Assembly: GCA_044892505.1 (NCBI GenBank)
Contig: CM097883.1
Span: forward strand, 198,896,001 to 198,960,000
Direction: 5' to 3'
Origin: Schmidtea nova
Taxonomy: Eukaryota
Length of the DNA: 64,000 nt
Shown here: positions 1-15,850 of the stretch, piece by piece
How the letters are laid out: the number at the start of each line of letters is the position of its first letter
Numbering within the stretch: the stretch's first letter is position 1
Notes under the pieces: generated by a model
Seen by the model: only the letters and a program-made list of their open reading frames with translations
Told to the model about the DNA's origin: nothing
Databases searched by the model: none
Made by a program: the position numbers and the translations under genes

Positions 1-163
<163 letters not shown>

Positions 164-699
164 TAAAACGTTTAATTGAATATTTTTATTTTCAAAGAAT
201 TAGCATATTTATATCCGCGGTTATTAAATATTTTAAAAAAAGCACGATTTGGATTGTTGTTTTAATTATATAAGTTAGTAAAAAATATATAAATATAAAT
301 TTGCCCACTACATACCTGTTAGGACTTCCAAGCCCGGTCATAAATTACGATCCCGTGATGTCGGGATTGCATTTCATAATTCCCCGGATTGATTTATTCT
401 GCTGAAAAAACAAATAATAAAGTAAAAACTAAAAACATTTAAGTTTTTTAAATTAATTTCTAGTGAGTTATTATAGTAATTTTTATATATTAAAAAAACG
501 ATAAAATGAAATGAATACAAATAAATTAACAAATATTAATAAAAACATTGATTAAGTTTTTTGTTGTTGTTGTTGAAGGTGACATCTGAGGAAACAAAGC
601 TCGTCCAGAACCATGTCACCCAAAGAACTTCGTAATTTACTGCAAAATAACCCTGCAGATGAAAAAGATCTTTCTGACTCGATACTGGTTGGCTTTATT

Positions 700-702
<3 letters not shown>

Positions 703-758
<56 letters not shown>
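703..758. repeat. (TA)n microsatellite
   Basis: Pure TA run seen directly. Confidence 0.98.
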
Positions 759-761
<3 letters not shown>

Positions 762-827
762 CCCATAATGGTAAGACTGTAGATCAAAATTTCTTTAAAT
801 AAGTACGCATTATTTTGGCACAGCCTT
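759..827 (+). mobile_element. Terminal fragment of the IS630/Tc1-like family whose larger copy lies at 37041-41004
   Basis: ttcccataatgg...tcaaaatttctttaaataagtacgca...gcctt matches 40939-41004; a reverse-oriented relative sits at about 3185-3235. Confidence 0.75.
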
Positions 828-835
828 TATATATA

Positions 836-1681
836 CAGGGTGTTCGTGATAAATTTGACATTTTTATAATTGATTTATAATATAATATATTATAATATAA
901 TACTCATACAAGCGCCGCAAAGGTCAGCTGCTCACAGAAAAGGCCCGTGAAAATCGTTTGATAAACGCGAAGAAACTTCTGAGCAAAGTGAAACATCCTG
1001 CTTAACCACAAAACTTTTGCTAGGATCAATAACACAACACAGAATAATAGATGGCTTGTATCTAGTCCAAAGGACATTCCTCGTGTAATGCAGACTAAAT
1101 TTCCCCAAACTGTGATGGTTTTCGGATGTCTGTCCTCTGACGGTGATGTAATGCCTCCGCATTTTTTCATAGGGGGCCTCAGGTTAAATTCAGATGGCTA
1201 CGTGGAGTTGCTAAACACTATAGTCAAGCCCTGGATAACAAAAGTAATCAATAGTATGCCGTATGTATGGCAGCAAGATTCGGCCCCTTGCCACACCTCT
1301 GGGAAAAGTCAAAAATGGTTGTCTGAAAATTTTTACCACTTCACCGGTCCAAATTTTTGGCCTCCTAACTCTTCAGACCTTAACCCTGTGGATTATTTTG
1401 TATAGGGCGCAGTTGAAAAAGACACCAATTGTTGTGCCAGTTATACAAAAGCCCAGTTAATGGATAAAATTAAGAGTGTTTTTGAGGCCCTTCCCAGGAG
1501 ACTGTAGCATCAGCTTGTTCCAGGTTCCGAAGCAGGATTGAAGCTGTGATCGATGCTAATGGTGGTTATTTTGAGTGAACCTTATTGATAGTATTGTAAT
1601 TTCTGTACCTGTTATTTTTTTTTCATTTCATTAAATTTAGTAGTTACAAAGAAGATTTTCTTTTTACTTACGAAATTGTCA
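836..1681 (+). mobile_element. Tc1/mariner maT-type (DD37D) element, internally deleted pseudo-transposase
   Basis: TA-flanked left TIR CAGGGTGTTCGTGATAAATTTGACA; start of the right TIR (tgtca) runs into the N gap; ORF 1088-1405 has QQDSAPCH...WPPNSSDLNPVDY with 37 residues between the second and third Asp; first catalytic Asp region missing. Confidence 0.88.
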
Positions 1682-1935
1682 NNNNNNNNNNNNNNNNNNN
1701 NNNNNNNNNNNNNNNNNNNNNNNNNNNNNNNNNNNNNNNNNNNNNNNNNNNNNNNNNNNNNNNNNNNNNNNNNNNNNNNNNNNNNNNNNNNNNNNNNNNN
1801 NNNNNNNNNTGTTTTTTCAATTATCCAAGCTTTTTCTATAGTCTCTATAATTTCAGATATGAATTAATATCTTGATAATCTTTGTTCATTTAAATTGTTT
1901 TTATACATGATGTAAAAATTTTAAATTATTTTTAA

Positions 1936-2460
1936 CCCGCCTGAGTTTTTAAAAACATTACAAAAACGAGTTTTGCGGCGCATGGCATATTGGTTGTGCA
2001 ACTCATCCAGAAATGATAAAATAACTTAATTAAGGATATAAATTTATTTATAAAAAGCATATTTATTTGCATAAAGAACATTTTATAACAATTTCCAGAT
2101 TTCGGTCTTTTGGACATACAAAATTGCCACAGATATCGCAGTGATTTGAACTCTTTGACTCTTGGATATACAATGCATCTCCCTTGAGTTTTCTTTTGAT
2201 CCAAATTTTATTCTTTTTGGAGTAAACTGGATATCTATTTGTGAGTTAAGTTGCTCAGAGAGAGTTTTCAAATATTCTCTGTGTGGTGTGTTGCCATAGG
2301 CCCTTTTGAACTCAAAATGACAGCTACAAAAGTCATGCATTATATGCTGCCGTGTCTAAAAGATTTAAAAAAATTGGCAATGGTCATCTTCGTGTGGCTC
2401 TTTTTGCCCTTTTACCTTACACAGTGCAGTCACGCCTTTCTCATCGAGTAAGAAATGCTT
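1936..2460 (-). mobile_element. piggyBac 3' end, decayed transposase C-terminus
   Basis: TTAA|CCC terminus at 1932-1938; minus strand reads RATRR*PLPIF, NLLDTAAYNA and a Cys-rich tail (HCDICGNFVCPK). Confidence 0.8.
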
Positions 2461-4068
2461 CAACATTGCTTCTATACTGTAAAATATTTTTTGTAAAATA
2501 ATGTTAATTAAAAATACCGCACTCAACTCACGATTATTACGAATTTAGAAAAATTGATTCAAGTAAATAATATTTTAATTTAAAACACTGAAGAAGACAA
2601 TAAATATAAAATAATATTAATTCAAAGAAGCATAATCGAATCAAATTACATTATCAATATAATACTTACGAATTACTAATTTCAGCAAAGTATTAGATTA
2701 AAACAAATTTTGAATTCAAAAAGTTATCAATTACTAATTTTAACTTGTTTGCAAAACAAATTTGAAAACATACTAAAAATATTAATATCTTCAAAAAAAT
2801 TACTGAAATATTAAATTTCTGCAATTTTAGTTGCTATAGCAGTCAAACAGAAATAGTCATGGCTTACTTGTTGACAAATATTATGATTTACCGTTAAAGA
2901 TTTTATGTGTCTATAGAATTTTAAAAGAAATTTCAAAGTTTTTTATAGTAATTGATAAGATTTTGTAAAGAATGTAAATTCCGGGATTGGAAGTTCTAAT
3001 ACCTGTATAATGAATTAATTACACAATTATAATTGCATATTTATTTACATAGAAATTAGAAATTTTATTATAACTTATTTTATCATTAACATCTCTTATT
3101 TTCACCTTTGATCTTTCACGAATTTTCATTATCTTTATTAAGTACACAAATTTTCGGCAGTCTTTTTCATGAAATACACACTTGAAAAAGGCTGTGCCGA
3201 AAATTCGTATACTTTAAAAAAATGGATCAATAGTCTTTATAAAAAAATAATATAAATTTTTAATCTCTTAAATTAAAAAAAACCTTAGTCTGTTGTTCAA
3301 ACAGGTTACCAACTGAAAGACATTTTGCATCGAATATTGTTAACATGATTATTGTTCTTGCACGCAACTTATATTCCAGCGACGCATAAACCGAATGCAG
3401 TAGTAAACCTTAAAGTACTCTGATAAGCATGCTTATTTAGGAAGGTAAAAGTCAAGGACAGGCAGACAACAGCAGTTGAAATAAAGACTTTGTCAGCATG
3501 TTTGATGTAATATGCACAGAATGATCGAAGAATATTGGCCATTCCTTCAAGGCCAGAGAAGTTACGATGGAAGATAAAACCCTAAAAGGGTAAAGTAAAG
3601 CAAGTAAATTGAGTCATAGAGAAAGCATCCAAAAGTAGCTGACACTAAAGACACTCTGAGTAACGGTGTTAAATATAATGACAATAAAATGAATATTTCT
3701 TCAGTAGTGACATGTGACCACAAAATATCACTGTTTTCAAAATATCATTGAGATACCGAAAATTTGAAGGCACTGTCTAAAGCTGCTTCGTCAGCAACAC
3801 AATCATTGTAAACAACACCAAGATCTCAGGTGATCCGTTGTTTGTCTCCGGCTTCTATAGTACCAAAACAATACCACGAGACCCAATGTACATTGTTCAT
3901 GTTGATTCATTTTGAAAATGCATCTCTAATAACAAGCAGCCATTAGAAAATAAGCAATTAGTAATATTTTTAAAATGTTCTTTTTGTTCGGGCGTCATTT
4001 TCAAATGTTGTTATTATATAATTGTTACTGTAATACCATTTTTTCCTTTGGTTTCTTTGAATTCTATT

Positions 4069-7000
4069 AGTTATGATATTACATCGAGGTCAAAGACCAA
4101 AGTAACAATCTATTTTATGATTTTGAAAGTAACACTATTTAATGTGTTTGAGGTGTTATCAAATTAAATTTTACAGATGGATTCAAGTGTATTAACTGGC
4201 TTTTACGTTAAAAATGTACACACAACGACGACCCTAGTAGATTGGAAAAATATGCAAGAGATACTCTACCGGAAATAGCCCATGAACTCCTTTATATGTA
4301 AATAAGAAAATATGATTACAGATGCACAAAAAATACAAAGAATCCAGTGATTGAATTGTTAAAAATGACCTTAAAAAGACCGAAACACTCAATTATCTCT
4401 TTTGCGATGAAGCAGTTACATCGTGGAAAATTTTAAAAAGTGACAAGGCAACCTATAAATGAACAAAAAATGCTTAACCTAAACATTTACAATAAAATTG
4501 ACTATGTTGGACAAGATTTAAGAACTTACTACAATCAGGCAAGATGAAAATGAAAGATATGCAACTTTTGGAATCAGGGTGTCAAAATTAGTTGATGAAA
4601 TTATAAAATTATGAATGATGGTAGATGAAATTGCCAAAGAAATTATAACCGGATGAGTTAGAGACAAGGTTAAAAGAACCACTAACGTCAAAACCAATGA
4701 TGATGCCAGAAAAGTGTGGTAATTTGGCAAAATTTTACGAAAAAGTGAATTCTAAAGAAAAGTTTGAAGTTTTAGTGATAAAGAAAAGTAGTTATGTAGA
4801 GGCAACAATGAAAAAGGAAACAATTTTCAATGGAAACAAATGGAGCCAATACCAAGCCACTAAGATGTAATGACAATTACAGGCGATAGATTTTACTGGA
4901 TGATTTTACTGAGATGAATCATGCAATTTAACATAATATTCAGAAAAGAACATCAATAGTATCGCTTAAATATATCGCAGAGGGTGTACAGTCGATGTAG
5001 AGACTTTCTTGAACCAAGAAACGATGGATTATTTAGGTCAAAGTTTTTGCTGTGGAGTATATTGTCATCGAAGATACGAATGCCAACTAAAAGATAAATG
5101 TTTAATGTTGTAAGGGCGGACGTAATTTTTACTGGTTTGTTCTTTTAAGAAAGAAAGAACAGCATGGTTATGAGAACAAGATAATTATAGCTTGTGTGTA
5201 TAATTTATTCATTAATTATTATGTAATTCGTGATGCAGAAACTGAAAAAACACAAGGAACACTATATAGAAAGTATAGTAAAGAGATTCTTTAGATCAAG
5301 TTGCATTAGCAGTGCAAAAAATGGTTTTTGGTTCTAAAAGTCAATTCGGTTACGATTGACTTCCATTTGAATTATCAACGGCTCCGGCTACTTTTATTGA
5401 TTAATAAGTACAATGTTAGAGGGTATACAGGTATCTCTCCTACAACACGGTATCCTACAATACGATTTCATTGTAACACGATAAAAAAATTCCTGAAAAC
5501 CTCTTATAACACGGTATTTCTACAACACTATTTTTATTTTTTTAGAACATTATATTATTGACATATATTATTGTACAATTCGTGGAATACCCAAATTTTA
5601 TTATTTCAAGAATACAAGTCTTATTTATTTTTTTGTGTATATATTTTGTCATTTTGTGAAGACCATAGCAAGTCGGCAAACCATACTTTTTTGTGAAATA
5701 GAAAAAAAATATTGTGTAGACTTGTGAAAAAGGAAACAAAAATATTTAAACTTTTTATTTACAAGATATCGATTTTATTAATTTTTTTCAGGTAAGGTTA
5801 TAAAGTATGACTATTTTTTGAAATGTCCAGTGAGAATAAAAAAACAACTTGGAAGATAAAGTTTATTTCTTTAGAAATAAAATTACAAATTTTAGATCGG
5901 TTGTTAAAAGGAGAAAAAGCATCACACATTGCAAAAACCATAAATTTAAATGAGATGACACTCCGTACAAAAAATTGTTTTTTGTGTATTTAAGTGAATT
6001 TTTATTTGTTTTGTTATTCTTAATAAAAATAAAGTTTTTTCTATGGCATTAAATTTTTTTGGAACGTTAACCCTCATTTTGTATCAGCTTCTAGACTCGT
6101 ACAGCACGGTTTCACATAACATGTCATATTATAGGAACATATTTACCGTGTTATATGAGGGATACATGTATTTGTTAATGAAGCAATTGTATATTTAGAC
6201 GATGTTCTTGTGTATGGTAGGGACACATCTGAGCATGAAAAGTGATTGCGGGAAATTTTTAGAATAAATTAAAAAACAGACACAAGAATTAATCGTGAAA
6301 AATGTGAGATTTACAAAACCAAATCAAAATTCCTTGGTTACACCATCAGTGAAAACGGATACAAACTAACACTGGAAAGAAAATCAATTACAGAAGCTAC
6401 AAAAACTGTAGTCCACTTCTTCGATGATTTCTGAGTCAGGATAAAACTATTGGCGTTGCATGAATGTTTTACACGTTAGGCAGTATTTTTACGGGAAAGA
6501 ATTCATGGCTCATACAGGTCACAAGGCGTTAGTATTTATGAACACGTCAAAGAAAGCAATAAGTCCACAATTTCAGATATGGATGACCAATCTGTCGGAA
6601 TATGATTTCCAGTTGAAATACCGAAAAGGAGAAGATCATGCAAACGAGGGTGGATTATCTAGAATCTGTGGTAGTCTATGTGCACAATAGACAACATAAA
6701 CTAGAAAAATCAATGGTAAGATACATCAATTTAATCCAAATGATAGGTAATTTTAGTGATTACGGAAGAACAAAAGAGATATAAAACGTTCGAAGAAGAG
6801 AACAAAATTCTTTAGAATGAAAAAGCATTAAAAATACCTTTTTATTTAGATATAAAGATCGATTTAGGATATCTGGTGATATGATAATGTTAGAAAATGA
6901 CAAAATAGATTTAATTGTAATCCCGGGAAGTTATCAAATTAAAATAGTGATCTATATACACGAAGATTTATGTCATGTTGGAAATAAGTAACTATTTCAA

Positions 7001-7900
7001 TACTTGTAAGAGAAATCTTTCTGACCAGAAGAAGAAACCGCTAAAGAATTTAACATGTGCAAAAAGAAAATAGATTAAGGAAAAACAAAGGAGATTTTAA
7101 GATCAGAATTTTTAGAATAGGTTGTTATTTATCTCGCCGTAATGGAGAGAATGTCGACCAACTAAAGGTATATTATTGTTATTATTGATAGGCTTAGCAA
7201 ATTAGTGAGTCTAAACGCCACGGTGAAATTAGACGAAAAAACTATTTTGAAGACAACTAGATTTACAAATATAGTAAGCTACAAAGTATATTAACAGACA
7301 GGCAGCGAAATTTCGAATGCAAGTATCAAAGGTAAACTTGAACAACTGAGAATAAGACAATTTGATACGCCGTATCAGCACCAGTCGAATGGCTTAGTGG
7401 GATAGGCTATGGGAACAATGGAAGATTTACTGCCTTCATTTGAACATAACATAAATGCAAAATATTCTCCATTTAAAATAGTTTATGGAAGTTTAAATAA
7501 GATTTTTCGTAAGAAACACAAATTATTTCCAAAAAAGTCATACCAAAGATGAAGGAATTCGAGGACAAAAGTGAATTAAAAGAAAATTTGATGTGGGGAA
7601 CGGAATACTAGTACGACGGGAACCACATCGAAGACACAAAATATTATATACAATATGATGATCCATATAAAATTCGTAGATTTGTGTCGGAGCATCAAAT
7701 GGACTTATGATATCCAAATGCAACGCGACACCGACGCCTCCAATGGTTAAAGAAATGACATTGATCTTCAGAAGAGGAGTGTTCTGATATTGAATCGAGG
7801 TTCAAGACAGAAGAAGAAATCTATGTTATATTTATTGCGTAATACAAACAATTTATTTGATATTACGTAAATGAGTTTGAGATATGTTATATTTTATAAA
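4069..7900 (+). mobile_element. Old, heavily decayed Ty3/gypsy LTR retrotransposon
   Basis: RT (VYLDDVLVYG about 6190), RNase H-like ORF 6460-6690 (FYGKEF...HTGHKAL...EYDFQLKYRKGEDHAN), integrase remnants 6900-7450, PPT gaagaggag then TGTTCTGATATT at 7780; similar gttatgatatt..atcgaggt..aagac at about 4070 as the 5' LTR start. Boundaries approximate. Confidence 0.75.
5428..6168 (+). mobile_element. Non-autonomous Tigger/pogo element nested in the gypsy relic
   Basis: TA target sites (5426-27, 6169-70); TIRs CAGGTATCTCTCCTACAACACGGT / revcomp CATGTATCCCTCATATAACACGGT; remnant CENP-B-type HTH (FISLEIKLQILDRLLKGEKASHIAKTINLNEMTLRT, about 5860-5968). Confidence 0.85.
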
Positions 7901-8576
7901 TTTTACAAGTGAATTCAATTGTCTTAACTCTATTTAATGTTTAAATTATTTTAAATCGCTCTTTCTCTAATTCTATTTAAGAAATCATTGGTATATTTTT
8001 ACGTTTTTGATAAAGAAATATATAAATAATTTTCTCATTGACAGACGCTTTTCAAATCACCAACATGAAAATATGGCGATTTGACTTATATTATTCCTTT
8101 CGATATTTTGTGATTAATGTTATTTTAATTTCTATACAGTACCCGTATGATTTTTAATCCCAAGCCCAATTTTTTCATTTACATTAATTAATGTAAACAA
8201 AAGTCGATCGATTTAATTACAAGATCATAATCAATCTAGCTGTTTTGTTAAGTGTAGAAATTAAATTCCCTGGATATGAAATAATTTTGCTTTTTATACA
8301 TACTTATTTAGTTTAAAATATTTTTTAGTTTTTTTAGTTGTAATTTATATTTTCAAATATTCTTGTCAACTATGATTTTTCAAAATTTTTACTTGTGATT
8401 AAAGTTTGATAATTTAAATAAAAAAAATTTTGTCTGAAACTACAGATTTTTTTCAGATATATTATTTCTTTAATGAGTGTCTTTTTTAAATTTAAAATTT
8501 TTTCGATTTGAAAACTCTTAATTCATGAAAAATAATTTACTTCTGTAGAAATATTTGCTATTGATTTTATATTGTA

Positions 8577-9351
8577 TAGTAGGTAGTTATTGGCCCGCCA
8601 ACTCTCCTCACTCTAGAAAAAAGTGAGCTGTCAGGGAAAAAACTTTTCAGGGTTTTTTTGTATTGGATTTTGATTTTGATATTTTGTTTAGGATTTCCCA
8701 TCCTCACAATTTCTTCATGCAAAACGGGACTCTGGTATTTTTGAGCTAAAATTTTCGAATAAAGATTTTTGTGATAAATAAAAACACGTGTAAATTTTTT
8801 AAACAAGTAAAATAGATTTAAATTATTTCCAATTCTAACAATTTCTTTGGACTTAAAGACTCAGGTATTTTTGAACTAAAATTTATGAATACAGATTTAA
8901 CAAGAGATTTTTTTGGTAAAGACGTGAAAATTTTGAAAAAAAGTTAAATAGGTTTAAATGGTTAAATTTCTAATCTCACAATTTATAAGGTAAATTTGTG
9001 CACTGAGATATTTAAGTACTAAATTTGAAGAACATGTGGTTAAATTAAAATAGTTTGAATAAACAATAAAGACAAAAAATGACATACTATTTAAAAGTAA
9101 TGAATAAAGGTATAATAAGTCAAGCTCAGAGCTGAAATGACTTACTATTTAGAAATTTTAAAATGAACAATAAACTAATTCTATGAATGACATAATAAGT
9201 AAATTTTAAAAATAAGTACTAAATTTTTTGGGAAATCTGAAAGTACAAAATCCAGAGAAAATTTCAGTTCAAAAAACCCATAGAAGTTTTTTCCTCGTCA
9301 ATTCACTTTTTTCTAGGAGAGGGGTTAAGTTGGGGCCCATTAACTCCTATT
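8577..9351. mobile_element. Foldback/MITE-like element with about 70-bp imperfect terminal inverted repeats
   Basis: 8577-8648 and 9284-9351 are inverted (core ctagaaaaaagtga, ggaaaaaactt); no coding capacity seen. Confidence 0.7.
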
Positions 9352-11849
9352 GTTACTATTTATTTCTATTGTTGTTACTATTGATATTTTCATTCTCATT
9401 CTTTTTTGTATTCTTATTATTAGTGTTAATATAATACTAGTTAAACAACAAATGGATTCATGCTGTTTATGTGATATGATAATTTTTTAGATCTTGTACA
9501 CTGGTGTTAATAAATGTTTTCTTATTTGAGGAAAAAACTTGTTTAGAATATGGCCTTTTTTAGCAAGAGAGAAATGGAAACTTATTTAAAAAATTTTTTA
9601 ATTCAACTGCAAAATACTTTGTGTAATCACAAAAACAATATCAGTCTTAATTCATATCTAAATTAATGTTTTTTCTTGTATGAACAGAATTTTCGATCAG
9701 AAATAAAATTTGTGTAATAAGTTCCTTGATTAAATTTTGTATCAGTCTTTAAGATTAGAAATTTAAATATTTAATTTATACTAGCGTAATAGCTTGTGCA
9801 ATTTTAACCTAAATCCCTCTAAAGAATTTCAAATTTTAATGAACCTCTTAAGGTTGAAACATATTTTTTGCATTAATTTCAGCTTTCTGTATCTTCTAGG
9901 TTTCCAGATATTTTTTATTTAATAAAAGAAAATTTATAATTATTATAATTTAATAAAACCATTGTATACAAAAATACATATGCCTGTTTCACTCACTAAA
10001 ATTATATATATTTCATAGGAAAAGGGGTAGAAAATTTAACAAACACACACAAAATAAAAGTTAAGCTTTTGCAATCGTTTAGTCGGTAAAAGCATTAAAA
10101 CAGCTAGTATATTGCAGTGTGTGAAACAGAAAGAATGAATTTTTACACCATGTTTCATTAAAAAATGGCTGATTTGGGCCTAAATTAAAGAAAGGACGAC
10201 TTATATAGTGGGCGTGGACACCTACGCGTATTATGGATAATTTTAGTTAGTGAAACACGGTATAACACATTCAAAATGATTGTCAATTTTTTTATTACAT
10301 TTTAAAATCTGACATCTTATTTTCTCATACTTACTTAATTCGATCACTAATTTTGATCGACAGTAGTAGGTAAAAGTTTGGATTACATAACAAAAATAAG
10401 TAACATAATAAACGAGTCATAACCAATCAAAATCGAGTACTTTCAAAAGGGCTTCGTGAAAATGGGTTTTGTTATTGTTAATGTATAAATTTTCGTTGTA
10501 ACATAAATTTTTTTTGATTTTCATCAAAGTTTTGTTGACACTAACAATGTCTAAATAATTTATTAATAAAGTTTGAAAATTGAAATTTAATCAATTTGAC
10601 TTGATAAAAGAATTTGAATTTCATTTCATTCTCCTAGAAAAATCTTCAATTTTCTTGATGCAATTGAAGTGACTTGACATCTTTTTTCTGTTTAATTTTC
10701 TTTGATTTTTCGGTAGTATCTTCAAATATTTTCTTGATTAAACTAGGTTTGTCGAAACTAAAAATAGATTGCATTTTTAGAATTATGATAATGAATAATT
10801 TTGTTTATGTATTTATAGTCGTCATTTTTGTGTGCAACCAATCAGATTCATGTATCTGTATTGCATATGACACGCATTTAAAAAAGTTTTGTGTGTTAAA
10901 TTAGATCTATATAAGTAATACTTTGCTCATGGCGTATATAATGTATTGCAAATGTTTCTACAAATGTATTAAAATATTTATACTTAAAATTAAATACAGG
11001 TCAATAATACAAGTACTAATAAAAAGAACCAACTTTTATAAAACTAACTATAATAAACTACTTCAATTTAAAATAACAACAACATTAGTAAAATATTTAT
11101 TATACAAAATTATTGATAGATAACTTTTCCTAGATTAAAAGTGAAGAATAAAAACAAATTTTTAACTAAAATATATTGATACTAAAAATGGGCATTCATT
11201 TCCAAATAACCATATATTGTATTTCAAGATCCTATTGGTGCAGCTCTCGCTCCAATAAGCACAAATAACTAATAACAAAGACATATCCCCCCGGGGTAGA
11301 AAATTTTCTCTATGGCTCATCGATGACTCATTTTAAATTTTAAATTTGATTTTCCAAAGGTTAAATAAGGTCAAACCTTCAAACAAGGGTATTATTCGAA
11401 AGGTCTTTGAGAGGTCTATACAATGGTTTTACAAATGGTTATACGAAGGTTTATGGAAGGTCCTGAACCTTCAAAGGGTCAAAAACCTTCAACTTTGTCA
11501 ATCCTTAAAAATTCTAAATACTTAAAAATATTTTTGATGGATGACTTTTCCATCAATAAAACATTATTAAAAATAAAGTTTTCATTTGTGAAATAAATTT
11601 TATTAAATTAACAATAATAATTTTCATATGGAAAATGAGGATGTTCGAATACATTTTTGAAATTCTCATCATTCAGCTCCACGATCATATTTTCACCTGG
11701 ATCATTGTTATCCCCATCACTTATAACTGTACTTTCCCTCCCTTTTATTATTTTTATACTAAAAAGCTAATGACTTGATTGTAATTCGAAATTGTGGCAC
11801 TGTATAAATTTGGTTATTTCTATAATAATTAAGATACGAATGATGATTT

Positions 11850-14000
11850 AGTCATGTATCTTTCATCGTTATTACCTTCGCTTTTATACTTTCCTTGCTA
11901 CCATTCATTCTATCCACTCTTCTCTTTAAATTTCCCTTTAACAGAATCAATGTTTCTTGAACATAATCAATGTGATGGCTTATAATTAGAGGCATATAGT
12001 AAATTACCTCTTATCATTGCCTGTAAGATAATATTTAATTTGCAGTTATTTATTTCACGAAAAAAGAAATCGGTGTCCCCAGCAATAATAATGATTTGAC
12101 AATTAAATTCGTCTCAATATTTTTGTAAATCAATATATTGTATTTGTTACATTCGCTGTTTGGATAGATTTATTTTCGTTTAACCAATGGAACTTTGTTT
12201 ATCCAAACTCACCGAATCCTTTCTTAATAATACATATTAGGTCGTCATCTATTTTAGTACTTTTTTAAAATATTACTTTCGAACAATATGTTAGTAATTT
12301 TTGGGCTAAATTACACAGCCTTAAATTAATGCGTTTTTCAAGTTTTTAACTGTCTTGCCATATAAACTGTTATTTAGTATTTTAAAATAATTTTTGTCTT
12401 GCGTATTTGTTTAGTTGGTCCTTAGGTGGGTGTTTGTATCTACATTTTTTAAATATGTTCGGCTGATTAAATTTAATGACGCAATAGATTTAGTCACTTT
12501 TACCCTTATACTAATAAATAACTGGAGGAGGTCCCAATGAAAAATATAGTTCTTCTTGAGATAATGCGTGGGAGTAGCAGCTTCTTCACTTTAGAGTTTG
12601 GCGTATATATCTTTCAGCAGCAACTGGAAAATCATCCAGTTTTTCATGAATTGATGCCGGTATCTCTAAATCTACTTCAATGACATAATCCTATGTTAGT
12701 AAATCTATTGTTGTGCATTCATTAATTAATTCATTAAATAAAGTGTCATCTGACATAATAAATTACGATCGGGAAGTTTTTGACTAATCATCCATTATTA
12801 TAGGTTGTTGATATACAACTCTCTACTTGTACATATTTTCACAGTGCTTATTTACGAAAGCTAAACCCTCGCGAATCAAATCCTTAAATAAATTATAAAT
12901 TTCCATGATTTGGATCAACTTTATATGTTTATTTAATGTCATTAGAGCTAAATTCCAAGGCATGACGATTTGATTTTGTTCTAAACTGTTGGAAGAAATC
13001 CACAAGCAAAAAACGTAATTTTTGATAAACCATCGTGTAATCCAAAAGGTAATTACCGTTGTTTTCTCTCCAATTAACCTGAGTATAGTATATTGAGCTT
13101 CAGTTACATCCAACCAAAATGCAAAGTAATTGGTGAGTTTGTTGAAGCATAACGTAAAAATGCACTTTGTATTAATTATTGTCCCCCTAAATTCAGCTGA
13201 AGTCAGTGATACGATGTTAAGGTTTTACTTTATTATTTATCGAATAATTTACGAATAAACAAAAATCGATGAATTTAAATAGTAATCCGTCGATTTTTTC
13301 CAATTAACTCAGAAAATTTTCAGAGGTAACGGGAATACAATTTATATTTCATGACTTAAATATAGAAAGACTAAATTTGAAAATATGTTGATAAATTTGA
13401 CCATAAATCGACCTTGGCTTTAAGATATTTTTATAATGAGTCATTGATTATTCGATTTTGATTGGTTATAACTAATTTTCTTTGTCGTGGAATATACAAT
13501 TCTACCTAATGACAGTGTTCAAGATCTTAAGTACAGAGATGACTGACAGTAGTATTACAGGCGAATTGATAAACGAGACTTGAACACAACCCAATTGGAG
13601 TTTGAAATTTATTAATAAACATACTGCATACTTTTTACGAATTGGAGACAGTTTAGATTACTCAACTACTTCAATATCTTTCTTTTAAAATCTTTATAAG
13701 CCTTCGAATGCTGCAATATCAACACAAATTTAGGCTCATCCTGTTTGTTAGACCCAATACTTCTATTCATCAAATTATCTCACATCTGTTAAATTATATC
13801 TATGCATGCAAGAATCCTTAGTTTAATAATAAACTTATCAATAGTCTCCCTTATCGTCATCAGCAGAAAATATTTGGAATAACCCTTCATCAAAAATTCA
13901 ACTAATTTATCAGTACTTTATGTCAATTTATAAAGTTGAAGGTAGAAAAGTACTTTTTAAAAGGTACTATAAATTATGATTGATAAATAAATCAATTCTT
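11850..14000 (-). pseudogene. Polinton/Maverick-type protein-primed family B DNA polymerase relic
   Basis: Minus-strand fragments in the right order: YNLFKDLIREGLAF, YINNL**WMISQKLP (motif A), YVIEVDLEIP..IHEKLDDFP, KNYFKILNNSLYGKT (motif B, about 12340-12390), IIAGDTDFF (motif C, 12061-12088). Many stops and frameshifts; outer limits approximate. Confidence 0.85.
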
Positions 14001-14700
14001 TCATCGTATTTCTCTTAAATTAAAAAACACAGAAACTTTCCAAGGATTACAAAGGCCAGTATCAGTTGGTTTTCTATAAATTTATTAAAAAATGATTTTA
14101 ATAAAAATTGATTTTTGTATTTTTTAAAAATGTTTTAAAATAGACGAAGACAGTTTTTATGTGATGTGTTAAATGATGATAGCGAATCTGTCGAAATATA
14201 TTTAAAAACTGTTTTAATTTTTAAATAANNNNNNNNNNNNNNNNNNNNNNNNNNNNNNNNNNNNNNNNNNNNNNNNNNNNNNNNNNNNNNNNNNNNNNNN
14301 NNNNNNNNNNNNNNNNNNNNNNNNNNNNNNNNNNNNNNNNNNNNNNNNNNNNNNNNNNNNNNNNNNNNNNNNNNNNNNNNNNNNNNNNNNNNNNNNNNNN
14401 NNNNNNNNNNNNNNTTAAATTTAAATTCATTATATCAAAGTAAACATATAAAATTAAAAGTATATCAAAATCTATTACAAATGTTTGATTGTTATGTTAC
14501 ACTTTACAATTATGAGATGCACACTAATTAATATTTATAAAAATTAGGTGTTGATTTTGATAAATAATGCGAATTCTTCAATGGAAAATATAGTGAACTA
14601 ATATTTTCACATTTTTTAAAAGTAATTCGAATTTGTGAAATTTTAAAGTTATCAACTTTGTTATTAATTTTTGAAAAAATAATATTGGATTTTATTTATT

Positions 14701-15817
<1,117 letters not shown>

Positions 15818-15850
15818 TGATAATTGATTTAAAAACTATTAATTTTGTAG

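Noticed and set aside
575-702. GC-richer exon-like stretch (SRTMSPKELRNLLQNNPADEKDLSDS) in the DDX3 intron
   Set aside because: No convincing splice pair, no homology recognised, and DDX3 phases match without it.
3290-4010. Coding-like relic on the minus strand
   Set aside because: No frame gave a recognisable motif; family cannot be called.
9780-10110. Helitron-like CTAG ends
   Set aside because: No GC-rich subterminal hairpin or TC 5' end could be established.
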